A DNA stretch of 64,000 nucleotides. Source: a virus. The position numbers were made by a program, and so were the translations under genes. The stretch is from positions 1 through 64,000 of IMG/VR virus record IMGVR_UViG_3300021088_000001. One strand, 5' to 3'. Of the stretch, positions 1-6,437 are shown one piece after another. Numbering within the stretch: position 1 is the stretch's first letter; each line of letters begins with the position of its first letter. Under the pieces are notes generated by a model that did not search any database, had not been told where the DNA came from, and worked only from the letters and a program-made list of their open reading frames with translations.

Positions 1-177
1 AATCTTTCTACAAGTTCTATTGGAAATGTGAGTAGTAATAACCCTGTGACATTACCTATCACTGGAAATTCTAGTATGACAAACACTGGAATATTAGTAG
101 CCTCTGGTGGAGATGTGTTTGTTCTCAATATTGGAAGAACTGTGAAAATCTGGCCTGATACAAGACTTTCATTCTAG
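1..177 (+). CDS. 3' end of a Ser/Thr/Gly-rich probable virion structural (fibre-like) protein, truncated by the window edge
   Basis: Frame 1 is open from base 1 to TAG at 175-177 (...TGNSSMTNTGILVASGGDVFVLNIGRTVKIWPDTRLSF*); next gene follows with RBS AGGAG. Confidence 0.55.
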   Translation, partial: NLSTSSIGNVSSNNPVTLPITGNSSMTNTGILVASGGDVFVLNIGRTVKIWPDTRLSF

Positions 178-187
178 GAGTATTAAA

Positions 188-478
188 ATGATTTTAATAG
201 TGCAAACTGGCTATCAGACAATTCATGCTCAGGGTGCTAACCTAGATTATGGATTCGATTGGAGCCATTGGCTAACAGGAAATGAAACTATCGTCAACTC
301 CACTTGGACATTAGACCCCGGAATCACTGGAAATAATGCCGGGTGGAATAGCACCACAAGCTACACCTTCATACAAGGAGGTACTGCTGGAACAACCTAT
401 CGCGCCACAAACACGATAACAACCAGTAAAGCTAGAGTGGATGAACGTTCATACCTGTTAGTATGTCAAATAAGATAA
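188..478 (+). CDS. putative fibre/tail adaptor-like virion protein
   Basis: LDYGFDWSxWL...STW...GGTAG..Y..TN.ITT...R.DERS pattern seen in small phage adaptor proteins; RBS AGGAG. Confidence 0.55.
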   Translation: MILIVQTGYQTIHAQGANLDYGFDWSHWLTGNETIVNSTWTLDPGITGNNAGWNSTTSYTFIQGGTAGTTYRATNTITTSKARVDERSYLLVCQIR

Positions 479-488
479 GGAGCCTATA

Positions 489-761
489 ATGGCAGATACA
501 AGAAGTGATGTGGCAGTTCCTGCTGGCGTATGGACGGATTTATACGCAGGCTCTACTATCACAGTTGGTACAGCAGTGGACCTCTTCAACAAGGGGTCTT
601 ACCCCGCAAACATATGTGTGAAAGCAACAATTCCATCGGGGATTTCTATTGGGATTCCTATTGAAGTAGGAGCAGGTCATAACTACTTACATGTAACAGC
701 AGGCGAGAGTGGCTTGTGGGCATATAGTGCAAGTGGAACGTCTATTTTGGTGCAGGATTAA
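489..761 (+). CDS. small beta-rich hypothetical (probable virion) protein
   Basis: RBS TAAGGAG; co-oriented and tightly packed with neighbours. Confidence 0.55.
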   Translation: MADTRSDVAVPAGVWTDLYAGSTITVGTAVDLFNKGSYPANICVKATIPSGISIGIPIEVGAGHNYLHVTAGESGLWAYSASGTSILVQD

Positions 762-763
762 TC

Positions 764-1090
764 ATGTCAGTTAGACCAAATCCACCACAGCCTGCGGGAG
801 CAGGCACAGGAGATGCACTAGTTGCAAATCCACTTAATCAGTTTGCTGCTACATCATCTTCACAATTTGCAACAGTGATTAATGATGAAACAGGAACAGG
901 TAAAGTGGCATTTGCAACAGGTCCGACATTGGCAAAGGTTACTCTTACAGCAGGTACAGCCACAGCAGGTACAGCCCCATTAAAGCTAACAAGTGGTACA
1001 AATCTCACAGTCGTAGAGAATGGCACATTTGAGTATGATGGCACCCATTTGTACTTTAGCGTAGGTGGAGTGAGAAACACTTTAGTGTAA
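764..1090 (+). CDS. short fibre-like virion protein
   Basis: Thr/Ala/Gly-rich; DETGTG..AFAT.PTL and APLKLTSG...ENG.FEYDG..LYF fibre-type segments. Confidence 0.55.
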   Translation: MSVRPNPPQPAGAGTGDALVANPLNQFAATSSSQFATVINDETGTGKVAFATGPTLAKVTLTAGTATAGTAPLKLTSGTNLTVVENGTFEYDGTHLYFSVGGVRNTLV

Positions 1091-1094
1091 AAGA

Positions 1095-1122
1095 AAAGCC
1101 CCTATCGTGAGATAGGGGCTTT
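1095..1122. terminator. bidirectional intrinsic terminator
   Basis: AAAGCCCCTATC-gtga-GATAGGGGCTTT between convergent genes. Confidence 0.85.
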
Positions 1123-1128
1123 GTTGTT

Positions 1129-1320
1129 TCAGTGAAGACTTTCATACACTCTAATTTCCATTCCAACTTTATCGCACATCTTCTTACAACTTTGCATAGA
1201 TAATTCTGCAGCTTCACGAGTTTTGTACACTTGAGGTTTGCTCCCATCATCAAGGCAATTCTTCCAGCCCTTCTTTGTGAGGAATTGCACTTCCCATCCG
1301 ATTGAGTTTTTAACTAGCAT
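1129..1320 (-). CDS. hypothetical protein
   Basis: Coupled to the upstream ORF (TAATG overlap). Confidence 0.55.
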   Translation of the reverse strand: MLVKNSIGWEVQFLTKKGWKNCLDDGSKPQVYKTREAAELSMQSCKKMCDKVGMEIRVYESLH

Positions 1321-1514
1321 TAGTTTCTCCCAAGTTTTGTAAATTCGTAGCGTTTGCTTTGGTACTGTGGATGATCTTTATGATTACATCCCATCTTTAC
1401 GCTCCAGTCAGTAAATTCATTATTTAGCGCAACAAGCCCACAATACGAGCAGTATTGTTTACCACCCACTCTGTGCTCGAAGCTATGCGGTTCAAATTTA
1501 TATACATCAGCCAC
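1320..1514 (-). CDS. small Cys/His-rich (possible zinc-binding) hypothetical protein
   Basis: RBS GGAGG; HSF...CSYCG...GCNH. Confidence 0.6.
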   Translation of the reverse strand: MADVYKFEPHSFEHRVGGKQYCSYCGLVALNNEFTDWSVKMGCNHKDHPQYQSKRYEFTKLGRN

Positions 1515-1595
1515 GATTCCTCCAAGGACATTTCAAAGTTGAGTGTAGATTACTTCCACACAGTGTGCATTGGTGGCCTGCATATAATTTGTACA

Positions 1596-2255
1596 CTAGA
1601 ATCGTACAACAAGATTAGACACTGTGCAAGCACTCCAAACTCCACCACGTGCTGTTTTTGTTCCATTCATATTAAACTCCTTCGCAATTGCATTATAACT
1701 CATTCCAGCTTCTAGCATACGCTGGACAGATGTTTTCATTCGTGTGGCAAACTCGTCAGCCTTAGCCGTATTAGCAGCTCTTCCGATTAACCCTGCTTGT
1801 GAAAGGCTTTTTGGATTTCCTAACTTCACACCTTTAGCCTTCAATACTGCAAGAGCCGCCTTAGTACGCTCACCGATAATCTTGCGTTCATGTTCTGCCA
1901 TACATGCAAAAATATGTAGTGTGAGATTTTGAACATCTTCTCCAAGCTCTGTAACAATAAACCTAACCTTAGTTTCCATCAAGTTCAAAATGAAAGCAGC
2001 ATTTCGTGACAGACGGTCCAGTTTGCTAACAACAACCGTGGCTCCAGCTTTTAGCGCCTTAGATATTGCTGCATTTAACACTGGCCGTTCAGTAAGTCCT
2101 AGTTTTCCACTAGCCACTTCTGTGACAACTTCAATAATCTTGTAGTTGTTGTCTGCTGCGAATTTTTCAATAGCTGCTTGTTGAGCTTCAAGACCATTTC
2201 CTGCTTTACCTTGATCTTCAGTCGAAACCCTCAAGTAGCATACTAGCTCTTTCAT
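1596..2255 (-). CDS. serine recombinase (resolvase/invertase family) with C-terminal DNA-binding domain
   Basis: YLRVST (catalytic Ser), E..SGK....RP.L, SKLDRLSR, AEHER..I.ERTKAAL...K..G..LG.P; RBS GGAGG. Confidence 0.93.
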   Translation of the reverse strand: MKELVCYLRVSTEDQGKAGNGLEAQQAAIEKFAADNNYKIIEVVTEVASGKLGLTERPVLNAAISKALKAGATVVVSKLDRLSRNAAFILNLMETKVRFIVTELGEDVQNLTLHIFACMAEHERKIIGERTKAALAVLKAKGVKLGNPKSLSQAGLIGRAANTAKADEFATRMKTSVQRMLEAGMSYNAIAKEFNMNGTKTARGGVWSACTVSNLVVRF

Positions 2256-2283
2256 AATTCCTCCAAATGTCTACGATGGAAGA

Positions 2284-2312
2284 ACTATATCACTATAAAA
2301 TGTAGATGTCAA
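2284..2312 (-). promoter_or_regulatory. sigma70-like promoter for the recombinase
   Basis: TTGACA-17-TATAGT; the -35 box contains the TGA stop of ORF 2309..2596. Confidence 0.7.
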
Positions 2313-2596
2313 TAGTTTATATGAATAAGCCCCTTTTTAATTAATACACCTTCGACAATCCTTTCCCACTCTGCAACTTCTGGCTTAACACAATCTGGTT
2401 GACCTGTCTTACGATCATATTCCTCCATACACCTCTTAAGCTCTTGATAATGTTCCCAATCTTTTCTACTTATTGTCATATGCCAGTCGTAATCGTCAGG
2501 AACCATTGGGGCATATGGAGGAAAAGTCGGAGAAGTCCAAGGCTGAGGCCAAATCTTCTCTCTGTAGTAATCTGTCACCATTGATACTGCACACAT
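2309..2596 (-). CDS. hypothetical protein
   Basis: RBS AAGGAG; MCAVSMV.D N-terminus and D..TGQPDC motif. Confidence 0.7.
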   Translation of the reverse strand: MCAVSMVTDYYREKIWPQPWTSPTFPPYAPMVPDDYDWHMTISRKDWEHYQELKRCMEEYDRKTGQPDCVKPEVAEWERIVEGVLIKKGLIHINY

Positions 2597-2607
2597 ATAA
2601 GTCTCCT

Positions 2608-2898
2608 TTAAACAGCAATCCCCATTTCAATCTTAGCTCTCTTAGCAGCCCTAGCATTTTCAAGAATCTCAGCCCTAGTCTGACGAAGCTTGGTAGGATT
2701 ACATGAATTAGCAAGTTTTTTTAAGTTAGCCACAGAGTCTTCATTTCGCATCAAAGACACAGTGAAGACATTTGCAAATGGGCTAGACTCTCCCGGCCCT
2801 GCAGGATTAATTTCCCATCCATCTAGAATCCTGTCTGCGATCTCATTCAAGAAAGTTTCCATGTGACTTTCTACAATATCAATAAAAATAGTTTCCAT
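2608..2898 (-). CDS. hypothetical protein
   Basis: In an operon with its neighbours; basic C-terminus (ARAAKRAK). Confidence 0.65.
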   Translation of the reverse strand: METIFIDIVESHMETFLNEIADRILDGWEINPAGPGESSPFANVFTVSLMRNEDSVANLKKLANSCNPTKLRQTRAEILENARAAKRAKIEMGIAV

Positions 2899-3027
2899 TA
2901 TTCACCCTTAGCTGGAATAACCAGTTCCACTGGATTACTATCATGTGCAATCTCTGCCAACTCTGGAATGTCTGCTAATGTGTCAGCCACTTCCTCATTT
3001 GTCAAAATATATCCAATAGTACCATCT

Positions 3028-3249
3028 TCACGCACGAATTTTTTCAAGATTTCCTGTGTTCCCATTATTCTTTTCTCCTTTTATAAAAGCTAGTACTGGA
3101 AGGTTCCAGCCCTCACCCGATTGTGTCAAACTTTCCTTAACAAGCTCTATGGCCTCTTCATGTAAGATGCAGTCATTTACATCAATCCTGCCAAGAGTTT
3201 TATCTTGTTTACGAAAATATACAGGAATTATATCACAAGATTGTCCCAT
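3028..3249 (-). CDS. hypothetical protein
   Basis: RBS AAGGAGG downstream of a minus-strand promoter. Confidence 0.6.
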   Translation of the reverse strand: MGQSCDIIPVYFRKQDKTLGRIDVNDCILHEEAIELVKESLTQSGEGWNLPVLAFIKGEKNNGNTGNLEKIRA

Positions 3250-3282
3250 TGTAAAGTTTCCTCCTTTTTGTTGTATTTACAC

Positions 3283-3353
3283 ATCATACTTTATAAATAT
3301 AGATTTGTCAAGCTAAATTAGTGCTTGACATGTACTCACATGGCTGCTATTAT
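3283..3353. promoter_or_regulatory. back-to-back divergent sigma70-like promoters
   Basis: Minus strand TTGACA(3311-3306)-17-TATGAT; plus strand TTGACA(3325-3330)-17-TATTAT. Confidence 0.75.
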
Positions 3354-3399
3354 AACACGTATAGTTTACATGTACGCAAACTCATTAAAGGAGAACACG

Positions 3400-4752
3400 A
3401 TGCCACTTGGATTAGCGGGAACAATTATCATCCCACCACCACCACCTATGCCAGTATTACTTATCGCGCCATCTGCGCCATACAGCGTAGATATTACGTA
3501 TTACGCAAGTCCTACAGCATATCAAGGGCAAGAAGGATCTTGTGACGAGAATGCTATTTACAACATGCTGCCAATCATGGCGCGTGAGGCAGGATTCACT
3601 GTAAATGGTGTTGCAATGCAAGGCCAAACTGTTGTGACAGGTAATTATAATGACATTGACAGAAATGCATTGTATTATAATGAACGTACACACCTTGGGC
3701 CGGGATATATTAATAAAGATACTGGAAGCAACACACAAGACACATTTAATGTGATGATGCACACAGGTACATCAGATCAGAAGATTGGTTTTAAATATGA
3801 CCCAAGTAATTTATTTCTCGCGCCATCAGCAGACTCTCAGGCTCAAGCGTCGCATCAGTTGTTGACAGGCTGGACAACTTTTGATACGTGTCAGAGTCCG
3901 AGCACATTAGCAGCTATTGTGGCAACGAATCTTTACGAAGGCCATCCAGTGATGATGGACTTTATGGTGTTTGAGGGACTTGAGCGTCAGACAGCGCCAA
4001 TCGGAGATCCCACTGGCGCATGCCTTGGAAATTTACTAGGAAGACATGATGCAGAAATCAGCGGTGTAGAATTTGATTCTACAGGTAAGGCTATCTTCGA
4101 TGTGCAATCATGGCAAGCAGGAATGACATATAGGATTTATGTATCTGATATGTTGAATATCTCAAAAGATCCTAATTTTCCATCGTGGAGTCTTAACGGA
4201 CTATACACAATGGGTGGTAATGATGGATTAGATCAAATGGTAACTCAGGGGCGTGAAAAAGCAGCTAGTGATTATGTAGCAGTGTTTGGGCGTAGCGCTG
4301 ATCATGGTGGAGCTGTTTATTTTGGAGATGCTATGACCAAAGGTCTTATTACAGAGACACAAGCAATTGGCTTCATGATGGGCAGTCAAGAGTATAAAAA
4401 TCTCTACGGCAATCTCTCTGATTCAGACTTCGTAGGATTATTCTATCATAATGTGCTAGGTCGCACAGTGGATGCTGGAGGATTGGCATATTGGGACAAT
4501 GTGTTGAAGACGAGTGGGCGTGATGTTGTCATGGGCGGAATTATTGCATGTGTGCGTGATCACTCTACTGATCTCCTTGCACATCAATTCTTCACTAATG
4601 CATCTATCGTCTCACTAACTGGTGCAATCACATATCAAGATGATGGCTCACATTATGCTGCAGATGTGTTAGCTGTTCACTCTGTAACTCAGGATATTAC
4701 AACGATTGGTATAGCTGAAACAAGCCTTCATCACATCTTGTTTGGAGCTTAA
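3400..4752 (+). CDS. papain-like cysteine peptidase fused to a C-terminal DUF4214-like (S-layer-associated) domain
   Basis: QGQEGSC (cf. QGxCGSC), GRHDAEISG (catalytic His), QSW; C-terminal LSDSDFV..FY.NVLGR..D.GGLAYW. Start moved to ATG 3400 after AAGGAG because TTG 3325 is the -35 box. Confidence 0.7.
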   Translation: MPLGLAGTIIIPPPPPMPVLLIAPSAPYSVDITYYASPTAYQGQEGSCDENAIYNMLPIMAREAGFTVNGVAMQGQTVVTGNYNDIDRNALYYNERTHLGPGYINKDTGSNTQDTFNVMMHTGTSDQKIGFKYDPSNLFLAPSADSQAQASHQLLTGWTTFDTCQSPSTLAAIVATNLYEGHPVMMDFMVFEGLERQTAPIGDPTGACLGNLLGRHDAEISGVEFDSTGKAIFDVQSWQAGMTYRIYVSDMLNISKDPNFPSWSLNGLYTMGGNDGLDQMVTQGREKAASDYVAVFGRSADHGGAVYFGDAMTKGLITETQAIGFMMGSQEYKNLYGNLSDSDFVGLFYHNVLGRTVDAGGLAYWDNVLKTSGRDVVMGGIIACVRDHSTDLLAHQFFTNASIVSLTGAITYQDDGSHYAADVLAVHSVTQDITTIGIAETSLHHILFGA

Positions 4753-4766
4753 ATGAAGGCCAAAGC

Positions 4767-4795
4767 TTGACAAAATAGTCATCTCATGCTATTAT
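4767..4795 (+). promoter_or_regulatory. sigma70-like promoter for terS
   Basis: TTGACA-17-TATTAT. Confidence 0.75.
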
Positions 4796-4815
4796 GTATT
4801 CTTTAAGGAGGCATA

Positions 4816-5178
4816 ATGGCTGGACCGGGGCGACCAAGATTGACGGCTGTTGTGCAGCCTGTGTTTATCAAGAAGAAGCACGAACTTGATAAAGTGCTTA
4901 AGGCTATTGAGAAAGGTAGTGTTGACGCAGTAGAACTCCTTGTGAATACAATGAACAGTGAAGTGGAGGATGAATCTCAAAAAGGGTTCATTCCTCTTAC
5001 AAGGAGACTAGAGTGCGCCCAAGCATTGCTTAATCTGCAAGTTAAAGTGGCGGATGTTATTTCTAGAGATCAGTTTGCAAGGCAGATTGCTGAAGTGAAA
5101 GTTAAAGGTTTGCCTAATAACCTAGAGATTAGTGAGAAGAGAGCTAGGATTAATTTCACTGAGATACAGGATGTGTAG
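4816..5178 (+). CDS. putative terminase small subunit
   Basis: N-terminal GPGRP, helical, 120 aa, upstream of terL; RBS TAAGGAGG. Confidence 0.6.
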   Translation: MAGPGRPRLTAVVQPVFIKKKHELDKVLKAIEKGSVDAVELLVNTMNSEVEDESQKGFIPLTRRLECAQALLNLQVKVADVISRDQFARQIAEVKVKGLPNNLEISEKRARINFTEIQDV

Positions 5179-5181
5179 GGG

Positions 5182-5210
5182 TTGACAAATAAGAGTTTGT
5201 GTGTAATAAT
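5182..5210 (+). promoter_or_regulatory. sigma70-like promoter for the RNA-rich transcript
   Basis: TTGACA-17-AATAAT directly after the terS stop. Confidence 0.6.
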
Positions 5211-5216
5211 GTAGAT

Positions 5217-5287
5217 ACTATGTAATGCTTGGCACTCGGTAGCATGCAGTGTGCCCCTTAGCCGAAAAGTGGGCACTGCACATAGTA
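5217..5287 (+). ncRNA. putative three-way-junction RNA with complementary loops
   Basis: Closing helix TACTATGT/ACATAGTA; hairpins ATGCT/AGCAT and GCAGTG..GCCC/GGGCACTGC; loops contain TCGGT and GCCGA. Confidence 0.45.
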
Positions 5288-5361
5288 CTTATAAGAATTG
5301 AAGTAGTAACAACCGTGGGTGTGCAACACGTTGGGGCAGCACACATCTGAACGAGGACTAA

Positions 5362-5406
5362 CACGGCTGATGAAGCCAAAAGGCAGAAACCCGAAAGGGT
5401 TCCGTG
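5362..5406 (+). ncRNA. hammerhead ribozyme candidate (type I topology)
   Basis: CACGG-CTGATGA-a-GCC(AAAA)GGC-a-GAAA-CCC(GAAA)GGG-TT-CCGTG; predicted cut after GUU (5401/5402); extra A on each side of stem II is non-canonical. Confidence 0.6.
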
Positions 5407-5481
5407 GAGTGATCCTACCTCGTGAATAACTGATCACCTCCCGGAACGTTGCTGATAGGTAAGCTATCAACTTATAATAAA

Positions 5482-5556
5482 GCAGTCTTAGCTCAATGGT
5501 GGAGCGAGTGTTTTCCAAACACAAGGACGTGATATCGGTAATCACAGGCTGCTCCA
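5482..5556 (+). tRNA. atypical tRNA-Gly(TCC)
   Basis: Acceptor GCAGTCT/AGGCTGC, U73, encoded CCA, D-arm GCTC/GAGC, anticodon loop TTTCCAA; T-loop ATCGGTA is non-canonical. Confidence 0.65.
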
Positions 5557-5562
5557 AAGTCA

Positions 5563-5650
5563 TGCAAGTTGGCAGAGTGAATTATTGCAAAGGCTGATCC
5601 CCGGAGGCTATTGACATAGCCCGCAGGTTTGAATCCTGCACTTGCGTACA
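5563..5650 (+). pseudogene. degenerate class II (Ser/Leu-like) tRNA-like element
   Basis: Acceptor TGCAAGT/ACTTGCG, D-arm TGGCAGAGTG..TTGC, variable stem GGCTAT/ATAGCC, T-arm GCAGG-TTTGAAT-CCTGC; anticodon stem broken; 3' end ACA. Confidence 0.6.
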
Positions 5651-5681
5651 AAAATTATTAATTTTACCAAAGGAAAACAAT

Positions 5682-5900
5682 ATGATTGATCAAGCACAAT
5701 TAGACGCAGATAAGCAAGCCCTCCAAGATGCAACAGTGAAGCTGGCATCCGACCAAGCAGCATATGATGCAGCACAGCCTCATCTGACAGTGTGGCAAGA
5801 AGTAGAAGCACATGCAGTGAAATGGGGTGGAGAAGCTGAAGCAGAGTTGAAAGTTCTCGTGGCAAAAGGCCGTGAGCTTGTTGCGAAGATGTTTGCATAA
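5682..5900 (+). CDS. small Ala-rich helical hypothetical protein
   Basis: RBS AAGGA; 72 aa. Confidence 0.7.
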   Translation: MIDQAQLDADKQALQDATVKLASDQAAYDAAQPHLTVWQEVEAHAVKWGGEAEAELKVLVAKGRELVAKMFA

Positions 5901-5916
5901 AGAATTTTTGTCCGTT

Positions 5917-6373
5917 CACTAGGTTCAGTTTTCTTGGCGGATTTCTTCCCTAGTGTCAAATCGCTACAAGTATTCGGATAGGTGTAGCGCTCAAGTTAGC
6001 ACGGGAATCGGCGTACCTGAAGAGGGACCAGCAGCTAATTAAATACTTAAAGATTTGCATCTTTCCACAGACGGCTATCGTTCACGAGTGGTTACATGCA
6101 AGAGATAGGTCCACTACTACCTAGACCAGAAAGTAGAAATTTCAGTGCAAAGCTGAAATAGCAGAAACCCTTTAGAACTTAGTGTGTCGTGGGTGTGTTT
6201 CTGCATAAGACGGAGAGGGCAAGCAGCAAGGCTTGTCGGCATAGAGCATCGGTTGGCTGGCGACTATGCATGCTGAGTAGGTAAATCATAAGATAATTCG
6301 TATGGGCAATTACGGAGTAATTAATTCTGTACTAAGCATAATGTAAGTATGCGAATCTTGTGGACTGCTCAGC
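5917..6373 (+). ncRNA. array of consecutive stem-loops (putative structured RNA or RNAs)
   Basis: No ORF of 60 aa or more; helices CACTAGG/CCTAGTG, CGCTACA/TGTAGCG, ATTTCAG/CTGAAAT, GCAGAAAC/GTTTCTGC, GGCAAGC/GCTTGTC, GCATAG/CTATGC, GCTGAGTAG/CTGCTCAGC. Confidence 0.45.
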
Positions 6374-6385
6374 CTCTATTATGTG

Positions 6386-6420
6386 GCCCCGTATTCTATG
6401 AATACGGGGCTTTGTTGTTT
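6386..6420 (+). terminator. intrinsic terminator
   Basis: GCCCCGTATTC-tat-GAATACGGGGC followed by TTTGTTGTTT. Confidence 0.8.
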
Positions 6421-6437
6421 ATATCACGGAAAATAAT

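Noticed and set aside
1542-2308. Short direct repeats (TGTAGAT, ATTCCTCCAA) flanking the recombinase as att or res sites
   Set aside because: Too short, and ATTCCTCCAA is simply the minus-strand RBS of two genes.
5482-5556. tRNA-Trp(CCA) reading of the first tRNA
   Set aside because: A 7-nt loop register gives TCC, and U73 with G1-C72/C2-G71 fits Gly identity.
5258-5919. Minus-strand ORFs 5258..5563 and 5608..5919
   Set aside because: They are antisense to the RNA elements and to the RBS-supported 72-aa ORF, and have no RBS or protein-like features.
6017-6040. Second hammerhead core (CTGAAGA)
   Set aside because: No downstream stem II-GAAA or stem III/UH arrangement.
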